In this document: positions 18,028 to 27,612 of the stretch, piece after piece
Layout of the letters: each line of letters begins with the position of its first letter
How positions within the stretch are numbered: position 1 is the stretch's first letter
Assembly (NCBI GenBank): GCA_963692995.1
Contig: OY843611.1
Span: 422,748-486,747 of the forward strand
Direction of reading: 5' to 3'
Origin: Dehalococcoidia bacterium
GTDB lineage: Bacteria > Chloroflexota > Dehalococcoidia > Lucifugimonadales > UBA3495
DNA length: 64,000 nt
Translations under genes and position numbers: made by a program
Notes under the pieces: generated by a model
Told to the model about the DNA's origin: nothing
Databases searched by the model: none
The model's input: the letters and a program-made list of their open reading frames with translations, nothing else

Positions 18028-18121
18028 AGGGATCGTAAAATCCCAACACCGCCGACACTTCTTTCATCATGGAATAAAAATCCCCGCGACTTGCTACCAC
18101 TGTGCTGAAGGGTTAGTCATC

Positions 18122-18973
18122 ATGCCGGACCATCGCCTGCTCATCCTCTTCGCTCACCCCGACGACGAAGCGTTTCCCGTCGGCGGAACCATTGCCATGC
18201 ACACGGCCCGCGGCGTTACGGCGCGGTTGATCACCACCACATCCGGCGAGCTGGGCGAAATCCGGCAACCAGGGTCTGCCACGCGCGAGACCATTGGCGA
18301 AGTGCGCCGCCGTGAGCTGGCGGAGGCGATCAAGGAGCTGGGCATCGCATCCCACGAGGTATTGGGCTATCGCGACTCAGGGATGGCCGGCTGGGACGAC
18401 AATCACCATCCCAAAGCCTTTGCGCAGGCTGATGAGCACGAGGTTGTCGCCCGCCTGGTTTTTGAGATCCGCCGGTTCAAGCCTCAGGTTATCCTCACCT
18501 TCGGTATGGACGGTCTCTACGGCCACCCGGACCACATCGCCATCTGCAAGCACGCCACCACCGCTTTCAGACTGGCCGCTGACGAAACCGCCTTCCCCCA
18601 CCACATGGCCATCGGTATTCAGCCGCACCAGACCGACCGGCTGTTTTACAGCGTGCGCCCACGTGGTTTCCGCGTCCATATGGCGGAGACCCTCCAGGTC
18701 GCCGGCGTGGACTTTCCCCTGCCGCCACCGGACCGGGCCAACGACGGCGCCGACCCCGAAACCATCAGCCTCACCGTGGATGCCTCGGACGGACTGGACG
18801 CCAAGATGGCCTGCATCAAGCGGCACTTCACCCAGCTACAGCCCGACTGGCCCTACGAGCGCGTCCCCCGAGAAGTCGCCGCTTCGGTAATCGGAATCGA
18901 GCACTTCATCCGCGCCATTCCCCCGGTGAGCGAAGGCGAAACGGTGCCCGCCAACTTTTTCGCCGGCCTCTAG
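18122..18973 (+). CDS. PIG-L family deacetylase (LmbE/MshB-like)
   Basis: LLILFAHPDDEAFPVGGTIA and GHPDHI are the PIG-L zinc-site motifs. Confidence 0.85.
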   Translation: MPDHRLLILFAHPDDEAFPVGGTIAMHTARGVTARLITTTSGELGEIRQPGSATRETIGEVRRRELAEAIKELGIASHEVLGYRDSGMAGWDDNHHPKAFAQADEHEVVARLVFEIRRFKPQVILTFGMDGLYGHPDHIAICKHATTAFRLAADETAFPHHMAIGIQPHQTDRLFYSVRPRGFRVHMAETLQVAGVDFPLPPPDRANDGADPETISLTVDASDGLDAKMACIKRHFTQLQPDWPYERVPREVAASVIGIEHFIRAIPPVSEGETVPANFFAGL

Positions 18974-19657
18974 CTACTCCGGCATAACTTCGCTGACTGA
19001 AATAGTCACGTGCGGCAGCGCGGCCGGCGCCAGTATCCCGGCCGGCCCGACCACCCGTACCCGCTCGTACCCGCCGGCTAACGGTTCGTCATAAACCTCC
19101 ACCTGTCGGGCGTTGACGTCAAACAGCCACACTTCGGGAATCCCGTACATCGCATACATCGGTATCTTATGGTGGCGGTCAAAGCCGACTGTGGTATCCG
19201 CTACCTCAATCACCAGCAGCGTGTCCTCCGGGCCAGGCAGCTCCGGGTAGCCCTCATCCTGCCAGCGCAGCACTGTCAAGTCGGGTTGCGGTTCGTTCCT
19301 TACGCCGAGTCGCACTGGATTCTGAGCGTCCAGAATCGCCAAGTTTCCCAGGGCGATGACCAATGCTTTAATCAACCAGCGTACACAGAATGCGTGCCTG
19401 CTCCCAATTGCAGCCATGTTGATTAGTTCTCCCGCCAGCAGTTCCACGCGCTCATCCGATGTCAGGATGCCGGCCTGGGCCATTGCGTAGTATTCAGCCA
19501 CCGTGAACCGTCGGCGCACGCCAGTGTATTTTTGGAATATATGCCCGTCCAGCAGCTCAACCCGCTCGTCCGGCGCCAAGATGCCGGCCTCGGCCAAGGC
19601 ATAATATTCATTCATGTTGAACCGCCGCCGCTCGACTACAGTTGTCTGCATTGCCAT
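18974..19657 (-). CDS. Uma2 (DUF820) family endonuclease with duplicated N-terminal segment
   Basis: ELLAGELINMAAIGSRHA...PQPDLTVL...LVIEVADTT...DRHHKIPMYAMYGIPEVWLFD is the Uma2 PD-(D/E)xK core. The N-terminal 31 aa occur twice. Confidence 0.85.
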   Translation of the reverse strand: MAMQTTVVERRRFNMNEYYALAEAGILAPDERVELLDGHIFQKYTGVRRRFTVAEYYAMAQAGILTSDERVELLAGELINMAAIGSRHAFCVRWLIKALVIALGNLAILDAQNPVRLGVRNEPQPDLTVLRWQDEGYPELPGPEDTLLVIEVADTTVGFDRHHKIPMYAMYGIPEVWLFDVNARQVEVYDEPLAGGYERVRVVGPAGILAPAALPHVTISVSEVMPE

Positions 19658-19693
19658 AATCGTCCTCGACTATCTTTATTCGCCCCAATTACA

Positions 19694-19743
19694 GCGCATC
19701 GGGGGCGGGGGCGCCCGCAGCGGACGCCCCGCCCCCGATGCGC
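19694..19743. other. long GC-rich hairpin
   Basis: GCGCATCGGGGGCGGGG(G)CG ... CGCCCCGCCCCCGATGCGC forms a ~19-bp stem with one bulge and an 11-nt loop. It sits between the VOC stop (19764) and the Uma2 start (19657). Confidence 0.45.
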
Positions 19744-19763
19744 CGGAGCGCTGGCATTGCCCC

Positions 19764-20153
19764 CTAGTCAGGCCGCTGGATAATTTCCAGGCTCACCTTG
19801 TCGGGCGCTTCTACGAACATTACCTGGCTGCCCGACGGCATCGTCCACGGTGGGCAGATGATGTTGGCTCCGTTGGCCTCGAACCGCTCGTGGGCGGCCT
19901 GGATGTCATCAGTCTGAAAGCCAAAGTGGTCCAGGCCGAAGCGCGGGTGGGTGGAGCCGGGGACGGCGTTTTCACCCTCGGCCTCGCCGGATACGGTCAG
20001 CAACGGCTGGCCGTTCAGCTCCAGCTGGTGGGACACGGTGTTGGCCAGCGGCCGAGTGGATACGATCTCCGCGCCGAAGTTGTCCACGTAGAACTTGGCG
20101 GCGTTGTCCGGGTCTTCACTACGCAGATGCAGGTGGTTGCAAACGAATGCCAT
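19764..20153 (-). CDS. VOC family protein
   Basis: GGGAGG upstream of the start. MAFVCNHLHLRSEDPDNAAKFY...LDHFGFQTDD is the VOC pattern. Confidence 0.85.
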   Translation of the reverse strand: MAFVCNHLHLRSEDPDNAAKFYVDNFGAEIVSTRPLANTVSHQLELNGQPLLTVSGEAEGENAVPGSTHPRFGLDHFGFQTDDIQAAHERFEANGANIICPPWTMPSGSQVMFVEAPDKVSLEIIQRPD

Positions 20154-20195
20154 GATAATTGCCTCCCTTGTGATTGGAATTTAACGGTATCGTTT

Positions 20196-20221
20196 CGTCA
20201 TGCCCGCGAAAGCGGGCATCC
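20196..20221. repeat. hairpin unit variant
   Basis: CGTCATGCCCGCGAAAGCGGGCATCC. Compensatory changes keep the stem intact. Confidence 0.6.
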
Positions 20222-20238
20222 AGGGATTTGGCGTCAGG

Positions 20239-21093
20239 CTACCGCAGGTAATCGGCGATCTGCTGGTCGTAATCGGCCTTGCGGGTTACCTGGGCGATGA
20301 GGTCGGCTGACGCCAGCGTGTCTCGCAGGTCGGCCGGCGCGACGCCCTCGCGCAACGCCTTCAGCGTGTCATACACCGCCTTGATGGCGGCCTGAAAGGG
20401 GAGATGCCCCTGCAAGGCAACGCGCACGCCGTGCTGCCCCAGCCATTCTTTGTCCGACAGCTCGCCGCCGGCGCCGCCCAGCAGCAGCGGAATGTTCAGC
20501 TCGGCATTCACCGCGGCGACTTCAGCCTTCGTGCCGGCCCCGGCCAGGAAGATGGCGTCCACGCCGGCGGCTTCGTAGGCTTGCACCCGCCGGATGCACT
20601 CGTCCAAACCCAACCGCAAGCTGCTGGTGCGGCCGGCGACCACCAAGTTGGGGTCGGTGCGACCGGACAGCGCCGCCTTCATCTTGCCCACGCCTTCCTC
20701 CAGCGAGATAAACCCGCCGTCGCCGCCGAACACCATGGGCAGCATGGTATCCTCGATGGTCAAGGCGGCAACGCCGGAGGCTTCCAGCTCCTCGACGGTG
20801 CGCTTGACGCTGAGGGCGTTGCCGTAGCCGTGATCGGCGTCCACCATCAGGGGCAGCTGGCCGGCGCGGCAGATGCGGTAGATCTGCTCGGCAAATTCGC
20901 TGAGGGTCAGCACCACGTAGTCCGGCGCGCCCAGCACCGTGCCGCTGGCGATGGAGCCGGCGAACATGCCGACCTCGAACCCCAGATCCTCGGCGGCGCG
21001 CGCCGAAATCGGGTCAAACACAGAGCCGGGATGCACACAGACATCGCCGGCCAGAACGGCGCGATACCGCTCCCGTCGCTTGGTGTAATCCAT
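20239..21093 (-). CDS. isocitrate lyase/PEP mutase superfamily protein (oxaloacetate decarboxylase / methylisocitrate lyase-like)
   Basis: PGSVFDPISARAAEDLGFE...PLMVDADHGYGNALSVKRTVEELEASGVAALTIEDT is the ICL/PEPM signature region. Confidence 0.85.
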   Translation of the reverse strand: MDYTKRRERYRAVLAGDVCVHPGSVFDPISARAAEDLGFEVGMFAGSIASGTVLGAPDYVVLTLSEFAEQIYRICRAGQLPLMVDADHGYGNALSVKRTVEELEASGVAALTIEDTMLPMVFGGDGGFISLEEGVGKMKAALSGRTDPNLVVAGRTSSLRLGLDECIRRVQAYEAAGVDAIFLAGAGTKAEVAAVNAELNIPLLLGGAGGELSDKEWLGQHGVRVALQGHLPFQAAIKAVYDTLKALREGVAPADLRDTLASADLIAQVTRKADYDQQIADYLR

Positions 21094-21158
21094 CTGAATA
21101 ATTTCTCCTTTCAGGATGTTGACGCAGGTATGATGTCCGCCGTATTTGGGCGACTACG

Positions 21159-21398
21159 CTACGCTATACGGTCAGGATGCGGGTCGAAATACCGTTCCCA
21201 CAGCTCCAGAGCGACTACCAGCAAACGCGCGCCCACGATCAGCCAAGCCAGCAACACGATCACCGATTTCAACAGGATCCCCGCGCCCACCAGTCCCGCC
21301 GCCGTATCGGCTATTGCCGGCGTCATTATGCCTGCCAGGATTGACTCCGCCATTTTTCTAGCGTCGTCAGCTACAGCCCTGACTGCTGCAACAGTCAT
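21159..21398 (-). CDS. small membrane protein, hypothetical
   Basis: 79 aa with two hydrophobic helices. Its start overlaps the upstream stop (ATGA). Confidence 0.4.
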   Translation of the reverse strand: MTVAAVRAVADDARKMAESILAGIMTPAIADTAAGLVGAGILLKSVIVLLAWLIVGARLLVVALELWERYFDPHPDRIA

Positions 21399-21613
21399 CG
21401 CCGGCGCTCGATATGATCAGCCACGGCCACAATGGTCCGGCAGACGAATATAATGGCGCAGAGAACCAAAGCGATGATCAGCAGTGCGGTTTCACCAGGC
21501 GACGTTCCGGTCAGCCCAGCCCAAACGATGGGAACCGTTCCATAGAACATATAGGCTAAACTTGCCAACAACAGCGCGATGAGCGTAGCGCCGAATATCT
21601 TTCGCGTTGCCAT
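21395..21613 (-). CDS. small membrane protein, hypothetical
   Basis: 72 aa, two hydrophobic helices (IFGATLIALLLASLAYMFYG; ALLIIALVLCAIIFV). Confidence 0.45.
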   Translation of the reverse strand: MATRKIFGATLIALLLASLAYMFYGTVPIVWAGLTGTSPGETALLIIALVLCAIIFVCRTIVAVADHIERRR

Positions 21614-21705
21614 GCCATCCCCCTGCGTTGACCCGGCGGCCGATTGGCCGTATTCTAACCCAACTCTGCACTGGCCGCAAAACCGGAGCGACGGTAGGCA
21701 GGGGC

Positions 21706-22566
21706 ATGACCACCATCATCGGCGTCGATTTCAGCGGGGCAATTGCCGAAAGGCCAATCAATACTTGGGCGGCTCAGGGACGGCTGAACGACCGCGGTGC
21801 TTTGCAGATAGATAGCGCATGCCGAATCCGCCGCGCCGACCTATACAGACTGCTGGCAGATATTGCCGCGCCAGCAGTGGCCGCAATGGATTTTCCTTTC
21901 GGTATTCCAGCGGCCTTCTCAGCGCATCTTGGAGTCAACGAACCATTAGCAGCGATGCCACCGGTGTGGGAGACCATAGCCAATATGACCTTCGCCGAGT
22001 TCCTGACCGCACGCAATGATTTCGTGCGCGCTAATGGCGAACTCAGACGCGCCGGCGATGCCAGGTATTACCCCGAAAGCTCCTCCCCGCTACACTGTGT
22101 CAATCCCAATATGGTGCCGATGACCTACCGGGGCATCAAAATGTTGCACTGCTTGCATCGGAATTATCCCCAGCGCTGGAACGTGCCGCCGCTGGAACCC
22201 ATTGTGCCGCTGGCGGCTGACGTAACCCTGCTGGAACTGATGCCAGGCGCATTGCTCAGGGCCATCGGACTGAACTACAGAGGATACAAGAACGGCCAAG
22301 ATGCGCCGCAGTTGCGCAACAGCAATCTCGATAATTTGGCCGGCAAGGCGGGCATAGAATTGCAAATGCCGCCCGATGTGTGGCAGGGATGCCTGGCCAA
22401 TCACGACTGCCTGGATGCCGTCATCGCCGCCGTCGGCGCAGCAATGTGGGCGCAGGACAGTGCTCGCTTTCGCCATCCCAACAATGACGCTGAACTGGCC
22501 GCCGCCCAACTGGAGGGCTGGATATATGCCCCGACACTACCCGCGTGCCCGCAACAACCACACTAG
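21706..22566 (+). CDS. hypothetical protein, DUF429-like
   Basis: Start moved to ATG 21706 (MTTIIGVDFSGA...AAMDFPFGIP), which resembles the DUF429 N-terminus. Assignment is weak. Confidence 0.55.
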   Translation: MTTIIGVDFSGAIAERPINTWAAQGRLNDRGALQIDSACRIRRADLYRLLADIAAPAVAAMDFPFGIPAAFSAHLGVNEPLAAMPPVWETIANMTFAEFLTARNDFVRANGELRRAGDARYYPESSSPLHCVNPNMVPMTYRGIKMLHCLHRNYPQRWNVPPLEPIVPLAADVTLLELMPGALLRAIGLNYRGYKNGQDAPQLRNSNLDNLAGKAGIELQMPPDVWQGCLANHDCLDAVIAAVGAAMWAQDSARFRHPNNDAELAAAQLEGWIYAPTLPACPQQPH

Positions 22567-23196
22567 CCCGATAGCCAGTCCCGCCCCCACCAGCTGCATC
22601 ACGATAAACAGCGGCGCCGAAGCGGGCTGAATGCCGGCGAAGGTGTCCGAGAACATCCGCGCCACGGTGACTGCCGGGTTGGCGAAGCTGGTGGACGACG
22701 TGAAAAAGTAGGCCGCCCCGATGTAGGCGCCCACTGCCACCGCGACCACCGCCCCCCGGCGGCGCGGGATCAGAAAAATCACGAGCAGCAGGCCCAGCGT
22801 GGCGATGACTTCCGCGAGCCATTGGTCCGGGCCACCCCGAACCTTGGTTGACCACGTTGCCGGTGGCAGCGCGAACATCAGGTTGGCCAGAATGGTCCCG
22901 ATGCTGCCGCCGGTAATCTGAGCGCTGACGTAAGCAATGCCCTCTTTGACCGGCCGGCCCTGCAACACCACATCGGCCAAGGTGACCGCCGGATTGAAGT
23001 GCGCCCCCGACACCGGCCCGAAAGCCCAGATCAGCGCCATCAGCGCGAAGGCCGTCGCCACGGCATTCTCCAGCAGCTGCAAGCCGATGTCATTCGGGCT
23101 AAGCCGCTGCGCCATAATCCCGCTGCCCACCACCGCCATCAGCAGGAAGGCGGTTCCCACCGCTTCGGCGAGCAGCCGCTGTCCTAACGAGGGCAT
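22537..23196 (-). CDS. MIP/aquaporin family channel
   Basis: Two NPA boxes (GAHFNPAVTLA and FANPAVTVAR) and six hydrophobic segments. Start moved to ATG 23196. Confidence 0.85.
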   Translation of the reverse strand: MPSLGQRLLAEAVGTAFLLMAVVGSGIMAQRLSPNDIGLQLLENAVATAFALMALIWAFGPVSGAHFNPAVTLADVVLQGRPVKEGIAYVSAQITGGSIGTILANLMFALPPATWSTKVRGGPDQWLAEVIATLGLLLVIFLIPRRRGAVVAVAVGAYIGAAYFFTSSTSFANPAVTVARMFSDTFAGIQPASAPLFIVMQLVGAGLAIGLVWLLRARG

Positions 23197-23230
23197 CCCC
23201 AGCCGGCCACCGTCTTGTTGGGATCGTGAC

Positions 23231-23256
23231 AAACAAAAGGGGCGGAAAATCCGCCC
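23231..23256 (-). terminator. intrinsic terminator after the NuoF-like gene
   Basis: On the minus strand: GGGCGGA-TTT-TCCGCCC followed by CTTTTGTTTG. Confidence 0.45.
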
Positions 23257-23334
23257 GCTGGATTCGCCCATACGGGAGCAATTGCGCCGCAGCAATTCAT
23301 AATGCAATTAGTCTAAACCCGGGCCAATCGGTGG

Positions 23335-24996
23335 TCAACCGCCGTCAATTCCAAGCCCGCTACCGTAGAAATGCAACAGGCTGTTCACCGGATTACCCGC
23401 CATTTGGCCCAGACCACAGAGCGACGCCGCTCCCACAATTTCCGAAAGGTCTCGCAGATCCTGAATATCCGACGCCGACCCGTCGCCGGACGCCACTCGC
23501 GCCAAGGCCGCCACGATGCGCGGCGTTCCCTCGCGGCAGGGAGTGCATTTCCCGCAGGACTCGGCCGCGTTGTACTCGGCCAATTTAAGGGTCACCGTTG
23601 ATGGCGACGCCGAGTCGTCGAACACGGTGATACCGCCAGCGCCCATCACTACGCCGCTGGGGTGCAGCATCCCCGGACGCAAAGCAACGTCCAACTCCGC
23701 TGCGGGAAGTATGCCGCTGGACGGCCCGCCCACTGCCGCGAACCCGATAGGCCGTTCATCCGGAACGCCTCCGCCCACTTGTTCAATCACCTGACGAACC
23801 GTCGTCCCCAGGGGAACCTCGGCCAACCCGGGTCGCCGCACTGCGCCGCTGAGCGATACCAGCCGCGTTCCCCTGGCCTCGTTCAGTCCAATGGAGGCGA
23901 AACGGCGCACGCCGCCGGTGAGAATCCCCGGCACGTTGCACAGGGTTTCGGCGTTGTTGATGACCGTCGGCTCACCGTACAGTCCCGCGTCGGTGGGGAA
24001 CGGCGGGCGCAGCCGCGGCTCCCGGCGCCGCCCTTCGATGGTGTTGAGCAGCGTGGTTTCCTCGCCGCAAACGTATCCGCCGGCGCCGCGACGTACTGCC
24101 ACGGTGCATCCGAATTCGCTACCCAGGGCGTTTGGGCCGAAGAGACCGGCGGCATCGGCGTCAGTCACCGCCGCCGTCATCCGTTCCGCCGACAAGTCCG
24201 CCTCAGCGTTGACGTAGATTACCACGCGGTCTGCGCCGGCAGCGTAGGCGGCAATCAGGGCGCCCTCGATGATGCGATGCGGGTTGCCCTCCATCAGATG
24301 CCGGTCTTTGAACACTCCCGGCTCGCCTTCTTCGGCGTTAACCACCAGGTGACGGTGTGCCGCGCGACTGGTCAAGGATCCGGCCCGCCGGGCGGCCTGC
24401 CACTTGCGCGCCGCCGGGAAATACGCGCCGCCGCGGCCCAGCAGGCCGGCGTCCAGTACCAGCTGGACGACAGCCTCCGGCGTCCCGGATTTTTGACCAC
24501 CGGATTTTTGACCAAGCGACAGCGCCGTTGCTAATCCTCGGTAGCCACCCGACGCCAAGTATTCTTCCAGGGAAGTCGGGTTTATGCTGCCGACACTTTC
24601 CATAAGCGCAATGTGCTGGGGCGCGAAGAAAGCCTCCAGGTTCGGCGACGGGCGCGCCCGGTCTTCCGGTCCGCCGGCATCAACCGACGCAATGATGGCG
24701 GACAGGTCATCGCCCGCGCCAACGCAGTCGAAGAAGCGCGTTGTTCCGTCAGCCCGTTCCACCACCACTTGCGTGGCCGCGAAACACGCGCCGTCGCAGC
24801 CGGTTGCAATCACCGCGACATCTCGCCGAGGCGAAAGCGCTGCGGTCAGTCGCCGGTACAATACATCCGCGCCAACAGCCTCGCTGCAATGACCCCATTG
24901 GACCATCACCCGAGCCGGGTTGCCCGATCCGGCGATGCGCTGGCGCGCTGCCGTAGCCATAGCCGCCCAGGTTGCCAGGCTGCCTACTTCTGTCAT
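23335..24996 (-). CDS. NuoF-like NAD(H)-binding FMN/Fe-S flavoprotein with N-terminal thioredoxin-like extension
   Basis: GRGGAYFPAARKW, VVNAEEGEPGVFKDRHLMEGNPH and ESCGKCTPCREG are the NuoF/HoxF motifs. The ATG overlaps the upstream stop (ATGA). Confidence 0.85.
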   Translation of the reverse strand: MTEVGSLATWAAMATAARQRIAGSGNPARVMVQWGHCSEAVGADVLYRRLTAALSPRRDVAVIATGCDGACFAATQVVVERADGTTRFFDCVGAGDDLSAIIASVDAGGPEDRARPSPNLEAFFAPQHIALMESVGSINPTSLEEYLASGGYRGLATALSLGQKSGGQKSGTPEAVVQLVLDAGLLGRGGAYFPAARKWQAARRAGSLTSRAAHRHLVVNAEEGEPGVFKDRHLMEGNPHRIIEGALIAAYAAGADRVVIYVNAEADLSAERMTAAVTDADAAGLFGPNALGSEFGCTVAVRRGAGGYVCGEETTLLNTIEGRRREPRLRPPFPTDAGLYGEPTVINNAETLCNVPGILTGGVRRFASIGLNEARGTRLVSLSGAVRRPGLAEVPLGTTVRQVIEQVGGGVPDERPIGFAAVGGPSSGILPAAELDVALRPGMLHPSGVVMGAGGITVFDDSASPSTVTLKLAEYNAAESCGKCTPCREGTPRIVAALARVASGDGSASDIQDLRDLSEIVGAASLCGLGQMAGNPVNSLLHFYGSGLGIDGG

Positions 24997-25532
24997 TGGC
25001 TGGCCTCTGCAATGACCGCCGCCAAACGACCCGGGTTCATGCGTCCCAGCCACCGCCGGCGGCTCCCTTGACCGGTCACGCCGACCACCGGCGCAACACC
25101 GCAGATGAACGCGCAGGCGGCGGTTTCGACCCTCGCGCGTTCATCTGCCGTTTTCTGCGCCGACGCCAACAGCTCGTCGCTGCCGGCCCGCCAGCAGGCC
25201 AATCCCGTGCAAACGGTGATGACGAGGAGCGGCGGCGTATCAAGTCGCAGCTCCGAGTACGAGGTGGCCGATCCATATACTTCCGACGCCGGCACGCGCA
25301 GGTGCCAGCCGACCACTTGCAGGGCCCACTCCGGCAGGTAGCCGTGCTCATGCTGCAAAAAATGCAGCGCCGGCAGCAAATTGCTTCTGACCCGCTGGGG
25401 GAACCGCTCCCGGAGGATGCGCCGCAGCCCCGACTGCCGCTCGCGGCGCTCCGCATTGGCCGAACCGTCGCTCGCCGGGTCGGCGTTGTCGCGCCGTTCG
25501 CGTCGTCGCCTGAAGTCTCCCGGCTCTACCAT
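24993..25532 (-). CDS. NuoE-like [2Fe-2S] thioredoxin-like subunit
   Basis: LLPALHFLQHEHGYLPEWALQVVGWHLRVPASEVYGSATSYSE...CTGLAC...CAFICGVAPV is the NuoE/HoxE pattern. The start is uncertain. Confidence 0.7.
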   Translation of the reverse strand: MVEPGDFRRRRERRDNADPASDGSANAERRERQSGLRRILRERFPQRVRSNLLPALHFLQHEHGYLPEWALQVVGWHLRVPASEVYGSATSYSELRLDTPPLLVITVCTGLACWRAGSDELLASAQKTADERARVETAACAFICGVAPVVGVTGQGSRRRWLGRMNPGRLAAVIAEASQ

Positions 25533-25638
25533 TGCGGGATTATAGCAGGACATCGGCAAACGCGATGTCTCAAATGTCAGAAACTGGCGGCTCCCGGCCC
25601 GTTGCCCTATACTTCCGCCCACCGTACCGCAAACGCAA

Positions 25639-25678
25639 CGCGACAATCTCAACAAACCCGCGACAATCTCAACGAACC
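25639..25678. repeat. 20-bp direct repeat x2 in divergent intergenic region
   Basis: CGCGACAATCTCAACAAACC followed directly by CGCGACAATCTCAACGAACC. Confidence 0.85.
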
Positions 25679-25711
25679 TTGGATGCAGCCCCGCTGCGGA
25701 GGTCAATCATT

Positions 25712-27508
25712 ATGGCATTGGGACTTAATAGCTATCGCCCCCTGGTTGGCGGCGTGAGCCACATGATTAGCACCGGCCATTATCTCGCCACGGCGGCCGG
25801 CTACCGTATCCTGGAGCAGGGCGGCAACGCCATTGACGCCGGCGTGGCGGCCGGCATCGTCATCAACGTAACGCTGCCCCAGTACACCAGCTTCGGCGGC
25901 GTCGCTCCCATCATCATTCACCACGCCGCCAGCGGCGATACCAAGGAGATCAGCGGCCTGGGGCGTTGGCCGGCCGAAGCGTCCATCGACTACTTCCGCC
26001 GCGAGCATAACGGCGATATGCCCCATGGGGTGATGCGCACCGTCACTCCCGCCGCCCCCGATGCCTGGCTCACCGCGCTGAGCCGCTACGGCACCATGAC
26101 CTTCGAGCAGGTAGTTACGCCGGCCCTGGAGCTGGCCGGCGGCGGCTTCCCCATACCGGCCACGCTGCACCGCGCCCTGGTGGCCGGTCAAAGATCGAGC
26201 AGCGGAGACAACATCATCCTGGACGAGGGCGACACCAGCCAGTGGACCAGCACCATGCAGATTTTCTACCCCAAGGGCCGGGCCCTGGGTGTGGGCGACC
26301 TGCTGGTGCAGTCTGATCTGGCCCGCACTTTCCAGCGCATGATCGACGCCGAGCGCGCCGCCGCCGGACAAGGTCGAGAGTCGGCCATCAAGGCGGCACG
26401 GGACTTCTTTTACAAGGGTGATATTGCCGAGGAGATGGTCGCCTTCCACCGCTCCCAGGGCGGTTGGCTGTCCATGCGTGATCTGGCCGACTTCTCGGTG
26501 GGCGTGGACGACCCGCCGATGATCGACTACAAAGGGCCGAACTCTTCTGAAATCGCCGTGTACGCCTGCGGCCCGTGGTGTCAGGGGCCGATGAACCTGC
26601 ACGCCCTGCGCATTCTGGAAGGCTGCGACTTGCAAAGCATGGGGCATAATTCCGCCGACTACATCCACACCGTGCTGGAGGCGCTGAAGCTGGCCTTCGC
26701 GGATCGCCACGCCTACTACGGCGACCCCGACTTTGTGAATGTGCCCATGGACGGCCTGCTGTCCCGGGAGTACGCTGATCTCCGTCGCCGCGAGATCGAT
26801 CCCCACCGCGCCAACCCCGAAATGCCCGACGCCGGCGACCCGTGGCCCCACCAGGTCGGCCTCGACTCCCGTGACCAATCGCGAGGGGCTGGCAAGCCGG
26901 AGGCGGTGGCCGGCCCGCTGTCCGCCGACACGTCTTACATTTGTGCCGTGGACCGCTGGGGCAACGCCTTCTCCGCCACACCCAGCGACGGCTTTGGCGG
27001 AGCGCCCATCATCCCCGGCCTGGGCTTCATGGCGTCGGCCCGGGGCGCCCAGAACTGGCTGGACGAGGACCATCCCAGCAGCCTGGCTCCCGGCAAACGT
27101 CCGCGCTTGACGCCCAACCCGGCCCTGGCCTTCAAGGACGGCCGGCCCTGGCTGCCCTTTGGCACGCCGGGCGGCGACGTCCAGCCTCAGTCCATGGTGC
27201 AGTTGTTCCTCAACGTCGCCGAGTTCGGCATGAACGTGCAGCAGGCCATCGAGCAGCCTCGCGCCTCCACCTGGAGCTTCCCCAACTCCTTCTGGCCCCA
27301 CGCCTACCGGCCCGGCCTGGTGGGCGTCGAGTCGCGCATCGACCCGTCGGTGGTGGACGAACTGCGCAAGCGCGGCCACGACGTGGACGTGTGGAACGAA
27401 TGGACCCCGCGCATGGGCTCCCTCTGCGCCATCGAGATCGACCGCGAGCGCGGCGCCTTGTTCGGCGGCGCGGACCTGCGGCGCGACGGGTACGCCATGG
27501 GCCGGTAA
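25712..27508 (+). CDS. gamma-glutamyltransferase family protein
   Basis: GGAGG upstream of ATG 25712. HMISTGHYLATAAGYRILEQGGNAIDAGVAAG and DTSYICAVDRWGNAFSATPS (autoprocessing Thr region) are GGT-like. Confidence 0.85.
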   Translation: MALGLNSYRPLVGGVSHMISTGHYLATAAGYRILEQGGNAIDAGVAAGIVINVTLPQYTSFGGVAPIIIHHAASGDTKEISGLGRWPAEASIDYFRREHNGDMPHGVMRTVTPAAPDAWLTALSRYGTMTFEQVVTPALELAGGGFPIPATLHRALVAGQRSSSGDNIILDEGDTSQWTSTMQIFYPKGRALGVGDLLVQSDLARTFQRMIDAERAAAGQGRESAIKAARDFFYKGDIAEEMVAFHRSQGGWLSMRDLADFSVGVDDPPMIDYKGPNSSEIAVYACGPWCQGPMNLHALRILEGCDLQSMGHNSADYIHTVLEALKLAFADRHAYYGDPDFVNVPMDGLLSREYADLRRREIDPHRANPEMPDAGDPWPHQVGLDSRDQSRGAGKPEAVAGPLSADTSYICAVDRWGNAFSATPSDGFGGAPIIPGLGFMASARGAQNWLDEDHPSSLAPGKRPRLTPNPALAFKDGRPWLPFGTPGGDVQPQSMVQLFLNVAEFGMNVQQAIEQPRASTWSFPNSFWPHAYRPGLVGVESRIDPSVVDELRKRGHDVDVWNEWTPRMGSLCAIEIDRERGALFGGADLRRDGYAMGR

Positions 27509-27533
27509 AACGCATCAGCGCAGCGTCATCGGG

Positions 27534-27564
27534 AGCGACGCCAGCATTTTTTGCTGGCGTCGCT
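27534..27564. terminator. hairpin between convergent genes
   Basis: Perfect 12-bp stem AGCGACGCCAGC / GCTGGCGTCGCT with a 7-nt loop (ATTTTTT). Confidence 0.55.
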
Positions 27565-27612
27565 TGCAATGTGTCACCCCGGATAATCAGCGGTTGCCGG
27601 CGACAGAACCCG

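Noticed and set aside
25703-27379. 558-aa minus-strand ORF
   Set aside because: Antisense shadow of the gamma-glutamyltransferase gene. Low-complexity G/A/R/V composition.
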